From: Methanobacteriota archaeon | GTDB lineage: Archaea > Thermoplasmatota > E2 > DHVEG-1 | Direction: 5' to 3' | Assembly (NCBI GenBank): GCA_963769885.1 | Contig: CAVYNH010000006.1 | Coordinates: 128,001 to 192,000, forward strand | DNA length: 64,000 nucleotides | The notes under the pieces: model-generated | Databases searched by the model: none | What the model was told of the DNA's origin: nothing | Seen by the model: only the letters and a program-made list of their open reading frames with translations | Shown here: one piece after another, positions 58,592-64,000 of the stretch | Layout of the letters: each line of letters starts with the position of its first letter | Position numbering within the stretch: position 1 is the first letter of the stretch | Program-made: the position numbers and the translations under genes

Positions 58592-59512
58592 CTAGAACGG
58601 GTACTGCTTCCCCAACGCTTCTAACGACGACAACGCGGCCACCGCCCCCGACGCACACGCGGTCACAATCTGCCGCACCCCACCCGTTAGATCACCCGCC
58701 GCATACACCCCAGGCACACTCGTACGCCCAAACCGGTTCACCACCACATACCCCTCCCCATCCACCTCCACCCCCAACCCTTTGATCAACGTGTTCTGCG
58801 GCACCCACCCAATCGAAATGAACACCCCATCAACAGACAGCGTCGACGCCTGCCCCGTCTCCGCATCACGCAACGCCAACCCCCTCACCACCGAATCCCC
58901 CACAATCCGCTCCACCACCTTGTTCAACAGGATCTTCACCTGCTTCTCACGCGCCTGCGTCACATACACCTGCTCAGCCCGCACCTCCAGCCGCCGATGC
59001 ACCAAAAACACCTCCTTCACCCCAATCTGCTTAAGAAACACGGACTCCATCAATGCGGTGCTCCCACCGCCGATGACAGCAGCCGTCTTCCCACGGAAGA
59101 AAAACCCATCGCACGTCGCACAATACGACACCCCTTTCCCCAAAAACTCCTTCTCACCCGCAATATCCATGGTCTTATGCTCCGTCCCCGTACAAAACAA
59201 CACCGCCCCCACCACGTACGACCCCTTCGTCGTCCTCACCCGAAACCCCTTCCCCTCACGAGCCACCCCGGTCACCTCCTCGTACAAATGAGGCTGGACA
59301 TACCTCCCCGCATGATGCTTAATCCTCTCCATCAACTCCGCCCCCGAGATCGACTCAAACCCCGCATAATTCTCCACATTCGGCGACAACACCGCACGAC
59401 CACCACCATCACCGCGATCAAACACCGCGACCTTCAACCCAGACCGCACCGCATAAATCGCCGCAGAATACCCCGCAGGACCAGCACCAACAATCGCCAA
59501 CTCATACTCCAT
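58592..59512 (-). CDS. trxB: thioredoxin-disulfide reductase
   Basis: Motifs GAGPAG, GVSYCATCDG, GGG.TA, HRR and GVYAAGD. Confidence 0.93.
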   Translation of the reverse strand: MEYELAIVGAGPAGYSAAIYAVRSGLKVAVFDRGDGGGRAVLSPNVENYAGFESISGAELMERIKHHAGRYVQPHLYEEVTGVAREGKGFRVRTTKGSYVVGAVLFCTGTEHKTMDIAGEKEFLGKGVSYCATCDGFFFRGKTAAVIGGGSTALMESVFLKQIGVKEVFLVHRRLEVRAEQVYVTQAREKQVKILLNKVVERIVGDSVVRGLALRDAETGQASTLSVDGVFISIGWVPQNTLIKGLGVEVDGEGYVVVNRFGRTSVPGVYAAGDLTGGVRQIVTACASGAVAALSSLEALGKQYPF

Positions 59513-59582
59513 ACCCTCACCCAATAACCGCACTTCTCTTATAACTTACCATTTCCCCGAGAAAAAACCGCCCAAACACCAT

Positions 59583-60275
59583 CTACACGCCACGCAGCCC
59601 ACACCGCTTCACCAACGGCCGGACTGCCCCCAACATCTCCTCCAACACCGCCCTCGGATACGGCACCGCCCCCTCCAACGACGCGTCCATCAACGGCCGC
59701 ACCGGTTTGAACTGCTGAAGAAAATAACACGCCGAGCCCTCCAGCCACCGCCCAATCCCCACCACATCACTCAGCGTCACCAATCCAGGAACGACCGTCG
59801 TGCGAAACTCATACGCCGGCGCGCACTCACGAACCACCCGGACCGACCGCTCAATGAGAGTGACGGGGACATCTATCCCGGCTACCTTCGAGTACTTCTC
59901 CAGAGGCGCCTTCACATCCATCGCCACATAATCAACCAACCCCTCACTCAGCAACCCCCCCAACCGTTCCGGAAACATCCCGTTCGTATCCACCTTCACC
60001 AGGAACCCAAGATCCTTGACCTGCTGCAGAAAAAACCCGAGATCCTCCTGCATCAACGGCTCGCCGCCGCTGACCACCACAGCCTCAAGACGCCCTCTGC
60101 GTTGCTGAAGAAAACCAAGCACATCCTCCACTGGAATAAGCGGGCCCGACCCGAGGACCATGTCCCGATTATAACAATACGGACAACGGAACGGGCATCC
60201 CGTCGTCCACACGATCGCACTCAGATGGTCCGGGTAATCCAGCAGCGACGACGGCTGAAACCCACCGATCCTCAT
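59583..60275 (-). CDS. nrdG: anaerobic ribonucleotide reductase activating radical SAM protein
   Basis: Motifs SLLDYP, CPFRCPYCYN, SGGEP, DTNG and EFRTT; downstream of nrdD. Confidence 0.92.
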   Translation of the reverse strand: MRIGGFQPSSLLDYPDHLSAIVWTTGCPFRCPYCYNRDMVLGSGPLIPVEDVLGFLQQRRGRLEAVVVSGGEPLMQEDLGFFLQQVKDLGFLVKVDTNGMFPERLGGLLSEGLVDYVAMDVKAPLEKYSKVAGIDVPVTLIERSVRVVRECAPAYEFRTTVVPGLVTLSDVVGIGRWLEGSACYFLQQFKPVRPLMDASLEGAVPYPRAVLEEMLGAVRPLVKRCGLRGV

Positions 60276-63200
60276 ACCGCCGGCACAAGCACCTTCTCAC
60301 GCAGCGTGAACGTCCGACGGTCCCGAAACTCCTGCTGCTTCCCCTTGTTCCACTGGTTCACCGGCCTGATGTACCCGACGACCCGAGAGTAGACCTCACA
60401 CTGCGTCGTCTTCTGCTCCGCCGCACACCGCGGACACTGTGGATGCTCCCCCGAGATATACCCATGGTCCGGGCAGACGCTGAACGTCGGCGTGATCGTA
60501 TAATACGGCAGCGTGTAGTTCTCCGCGATCTTGCGCACCAGCTTCTTCACCGCGGTCGGCGACGGATCCTCCTCCCCGACGAAGATATGCAACACGGTGC
60601 CGCCCGTATACTTCGCCTGCAACGAGTCCTGCAGGTCAAGGGCCTCGAAGACATCGGTCGTGTACCCCACCGGCAGCTGCGTCGAGTTCGTATAGTACGG
60701 CTCGACATCCCGCCCGCGGTTCTGCGAGTACATCTCCTGATTGTAGATGCGCATATCTGGATAGGTTTTCCGATCTATCCTCGAGAGCCGATAGGACGTC
60801 CCTTCGCCAGGAGTCGCCTCAAGGTTGTACATATTCCCGGTCTCATTCTGATATTCAAGAATCCGCGCACGCATATAATCAAGAACCTTCTCAGCAAACG
60901 CTTTGCCCTCTTTGCTCGCTATACTGGTGTTCATGAAATTCAGGAGCGCATCGTTCATGCCGATCAAGCCGATGGTCGAGAAGTGGTTCTTCCAATACTC
61001 CCCGAATTTCTTCTTGACATCAGAGAGGTAGAACCTCGAGTATGGATGTAGGCCGCTATCCGTGAGGTTCTCGATGAGGTCACGCTTAATCTCTAGACTC
61101 TGCCTCGCTAACATCATGACCTTATCGAGACGCTGGAAGAAATCATCATCGTTTTTCGCAAGATGTCCTATCCGTGGCATGTTCAATGTGACGACACCGA
61201 TGGACCCGGTTTTTGGGTTCGCTCCAAAAAGGCCGCCTCCGCGTTTCTTGAGTTCGGTGTTCGATAATCGAAGCCTACAACACATACTTCGAACATCTTC
61301 TGGCTTCATGTCGCTATTAATGAAGTTACTGAAATAGGGAATGCCGTATTTCGCGGTCATGTCCCAGAGGGGTGCGAGACCATCGTTGTCCCAGTTGAAG
61401 TCTTTGGTGATGTTGTAGGTGGGGATGGGGAAAGTGAAAGGGCGACCCTTAGCGTCGCCTTCGTACATAATCTCGGCGAAGGCGCGGTTAATCATATCCA
61501 TCTCATCGGTGTATTCAGCATAGCCATTGTCAAGCTCTTGGCCGCCGACAATCGCGGCCTCATCTGTGAGGCAGTCGGGGACAGTGAGGTCCATGGTAAT
61601 GTTCGTGAACGGGGAATTATGATAGAAGACGAGCCCGGTGCTTCCTGCAAAGTTCTCAACGCCGTCCTCGCTCTGCACAGAGATATCGTATTCCCAATCC
61701 CAGTCCAGATTGTAATCGTCGATCTGATAAACAGGAATCCCTGCAGTATTCCCAAGAACCATGGTGAGTTCCTTTCTTGGGTTCGGATAGATGAGGAGGG
61801 TGCCTGCCCGTCCTTGGCTCTTGGCGGTAGCGCGGATACGCCAGTTTTGTGCCGTGCAGAGGACTGCGAGGGAAGTTAGGAGTTTATCGGACATGGAGCT
61901 GTACGTGATACGATGGGAGCCTTCGTCGATATATCCGTCTCCTTTCACCAGCTCGTCTATGAAGAGCGCGCGAAGTGCCGGGGAGAGATTAAAGACAAAT
62001 GAAGGAATAGTCTTTTCGCGCGAGGAAGCACCTGCGATGTATGGGAGCATATATGCGTAGAGTCCGCTGAGGGCGACATCGGCAATGACGGTTTCGGTGG
62101 GTTTCTTTTCTTTCGTGCTGTAACCATGAGTTTCCGTGATCGTCGGAGCCATTTTCAGCCCACTGACAAAGGCGATGATCGGTTTGACGTTTTTCATACG
62201 CTGTGAAATCACGACGTTGGCTCCGGTTACCTTTCCTTCTGAAATGAACCAGGCGGTGAGTCTGATAAAATCCTTGAGGGCATCACCTTCCAAGAATCGT
62301 TCATAGAATTTCTTGTTGTATGGCTTGATGTACAGTTTTTCGCCTTTAATGACACCATCAGAGTAGGTTCGATAGATGTCATAAGGCAAGGTATTGTTCT
62401 TGAACCCTTCATAAAGCGTCTTTCTATCATGTCTTCCATTCTTATACAAGAATTCCTTGAGTGATCCGTAAAGGGTCAGGATTTTCTTTTGAATATGCGG
62501 TACTTCATCGGAGACGACGAAGATCCTTTTTCGAATGGTATCCGGAAGCTCCTCCACAACGTCGAAAAGATCGAGACTTGGGGAGTCGCCCAACATATCT
62601 TTTCTGAGCCTATTGACGGCAACAACATGGTTATCGTCTGAGAGTGCTCCGTTCGGCGTAGCAGTCTTCAACTGCTGTGCTTCAACGGGTTTGATTTTCG
62701 ACTCTTCGAACCTAAAGAGGGAATGGGCAGGGGATACAAGGACTTCCCCACAGCCGGTACGAATCCTCTTGAATTTTTGAGATTGGATCTTGTGCTTGAT
62801 GAATGCTCTGACCGGGAACCAGTCGATCTCGCCCTTTTTATTAAACGAAATAACCTCGACAGTGTCAATTGGTGGTACCGCATATGAGTCAGGAGATGGA
62901 GTGCCATAGCCGTCAATATTCTGCACGATGTCTTTACGGTTCTTGCCGAAGGTTTCCTCGACCAGTTTGCCGATGAGCTCGACCTTGATTTTTCCGTTCC
63001 TCCGGATGACAATTGGTTCACTGGGAGCAAGTGACTGGAATCCGACCCGGGTTGGGACGTTCATGTTGAAGAGGAACTTCTGCATCTCCTGTTTGACGCC
63101 GTCGTAGTTGAGTTGGTCTTTGTCGATGAAGGGGGCGAGGAAGGAGTCGAAGTTGGAGAGGGCTTGGGCGCCCGCGGCTTCGCCTTGTAGGGTGTAGAGG

Positions 63201-63838
63201 TAGTTGACGATCTGCATGAGGGCGGTGCTGAAGTGTTTGGCGGGTTTGCTTTCGATCTTTCCGGATACTCCCCGGAAGCCTAGTAAAAGGAGATCCTTGA
63301 GATCCCATCCGATACAGTAGGCACCAAGTGTGCCGAGATCGTGAATGTGATAGTCTCCTTTGGTGTGTGCCTCGCCAATCTCGGGCGGGTAGATCTTGTT
63401 GAGCCAGTAGTGGGAGATGATGCTTTCCGTGGCGTAGATATTGAGTCCTTGGAGGGAGTAGCTCATGTTGCTGTTTTCGTTGACTTTCCAGTCGAGCATG
63501 CCAAGGTAGTCGTCGACGACGTCGATGTCTTTGAGCAGGCCGCCGATCTCGCGCATGTCTTGGTGTTGTTTGCGGTAGAGGATGTAGGCTTTGGCGGTCT
63601 TGGCGTGGCCGTCTTCGATGAGGATTTTTTCGACGACGTCTTGGACTTGTTCGACGGTGGGGATGTCGCCGCGTTTGAGGTCTTTTTCGAGTTGTTGGAT
63701 GACTTTGTCGGTGAGCTCTGCGGCGCGTTTGTAGTCTTTGCCGCCGACAGCCTGGGCTGCCTTCCAGATGGCGTCGGTGATTTTGATAGGGTTGAAGTCG
63801 ACGACGGTGTCGTCTCGTTTGCGTATCTTGCGTATCAT
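60272..63838 (-). CDS. nrdD: class III (anaerobic) ribonucleoside-triphosphate reductase containing an intein
   Basis: N-terminal ATP-cone, HIHDL, SMCCRL, EATPGEG, YTGGT and glycyl-radical YSRVVGY. Confidence 0.95.
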   Translation of the reverse strand: MIRKIRKRDDTVVDFNPIKITDAIWKAAQAVGGKDYKRAAELTDKVIQQLEKDLKRGDIPTVEQVQDVVEKILIEDGHAKTAKAYILYRKQHQDMREIGGLLKDIDVVDDYLGMLDWKVNENSNMSYSLQGLNIYATESIISHYWLNKIYPPEIGEAHTKGDYHIHDLGTLGAYCIGWDLKDLLLLGFRGVSGKIESKPAKHFSTALMQIVNYLYTLQGEAAGAQALSNFDSFLAPFIDKDQLNYDGVKQEMQKFLFNMNVPTRVGFQSLAPSEPIVIRRNGKIKVELIGKLVEETFGKNRKDIVQNIDGYGTPSPDSYAVPPIDTVEVISFNKKGEIDWFPVRAFIKHKIQSQKFKRIRTGCGEVLVSPAHSLFRFEESKIKPVEAQQLKTATPNGALSDDNHVVAVNRLRKDMLGDSPSLDLFDVVEELPDTIRKRIFVVSDEVPHIQKKILTLYGSLKEFLYKNGRHDRKTLYEGFKNNTLPYDIYRTYSDGVIKGEKLYIKPYNKKFYERFLEGDALKDFIRLTAWFISEGKVTGANVVISQRMKNVKPIIAFVSGLKMAPTITETHGYSTKEKKPTETVIADVALSGLYAYMLPYIAGASSREKTIPSFVFNLSPALRALFIDELVKGDGYIDEGSHRITYSSMSDKLLTSLAVLCTAQNWRIRATAKSQGRAGTLLIYPNPRKELTMVLGNTAGIPVYQIDDYNLDWDWEYDISVQSEDGVENFAGSTGLVFYHNSPFTNITMDLTVPDCLTDEAAIVGGQELDNGYAEYTDEMDMINRAFAEIMYEGDAKGRPFTFPIPTYNITKDFNWDNDGLAPLWDMTAKYGIPYFSNFINSDMKPEDVRSMCCRLRLSNTELKKRGGGLFGANPKTGSIGVVTLNMPRIGHLAKNDDDFFQRLDKVMMLARQSLEIKRDLIENLTDSGLHPYSRFYLSDVKKKFGEYWKNHFSTIGLIGMNDALLNFMNTSIASKEGKAFAEKVLDYMRARILEYQNETGNMYNLEATPGEGTSYRLSRIDRKTYPDMRIYNQEMYSQNRGRDVEPYYTNSTQLPVGYTTDVFEALDLQDSLQAKYTGGTVLHIFVGEEDPSPTAVKKLVRKIAENYTLPYYTITPTFSVCPDHGYISGEHPQCPRCAAEQKTTQCEVYSRVVGYIRPVNQWNKGKQQEFRDRRTFTLREKVLVPAV
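61616..63034 (-). mobile_element. intein with LAGLIDADG-type homing endonuclease (473 aa)
   Basis: GFQ|SLAPSEPI ... GLVFYHN|SPF junctions, block B VSPAHSLF, block F EYDISV, and LAGLIDADG-like LTAWFISEG and LVKGDG; visibly lower GC. Confidence 0.92.
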
Positions 63839-63880
63839 GGGTGTTCCATCTCTCCTCAATTTTGGTCTGCGTTTTGGTTG

Positions 63881-64000
63881 CTAGGGTTTGGTTAGGTTGT
63901 GAACTTCTTGTTCGAAGTGGGTGATGTCGGTGAAGGATCGGTAGACGGAGGCGAACCGGATGTAGGCGACCTGGTCGAGTTCTTTGAGGCAGTCCATGAC
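63881..64000 (-). CDS. nrdR: transcriptional repressor NrdR, C-terminal fragment at the window edge
   Basis: Manual translation [39 protein letters not shown]; immediately upstream of nrdD. Confidence 0.88.
   Translation of the reverse strand, partial: VMDCLKELDQVAYIRFASVYRSFTDITHFEQEVHNLTKP

Overview
Archaeal chromosomal window with mostly housekeeping genes. TBP, aRF1, archease, Dph6 and BHB-intron tRNAs mark it as archaeal. The many secreted PKD/Ig/beta-helix proteins suggest an uncultured Thermoplasmatota such as MBG-D/DHVEG-1 (inference). Contents: thiL, purM/purS/purL, dus, a deoxyhypusine synthase, larEBC, an OPT transporter, nfeD/slipin, eno, two tandem TBP genes, rnhB, xth, an M32 carboxypeptidase, gpmA, an ABC-2 exporter, an orphan N4-cytosine DNA methyltransferase, an oxidative-stress cluster (msrBA, SOR, OFOR, ferritin-like, ogg, ferredoxin), hypEF with a maturation protease, trxB, and nrdR-nrdD(intein)-nrdG. 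Three tRNA genes are present; no CRISPR array or transposase was seen. Most notable observations: (1) the initiator tRNA-Met is split by a 39-nt intron inside the acceptor stem (position 4/5), and its bulge-helix-bulge is built partly from the 5' leader. (2) All four apparent frameshifts are single-base insertions at GTAC, matching the predicted target of the M.RsaI/M.MjaV-like methyltransferase in the window. (3) Strong G/T versus C/A strand skew alternates in 5-10 kb domains regardless of gene direction. (4) A fixed-spacing intergenic element occurs twice, each copy next to a stem-enclosed non-coding segment. (5) A half-degenerate TBP paralog sits directly upstream of canonical TBP. All calls are by eye from the sequence; no searches were run.
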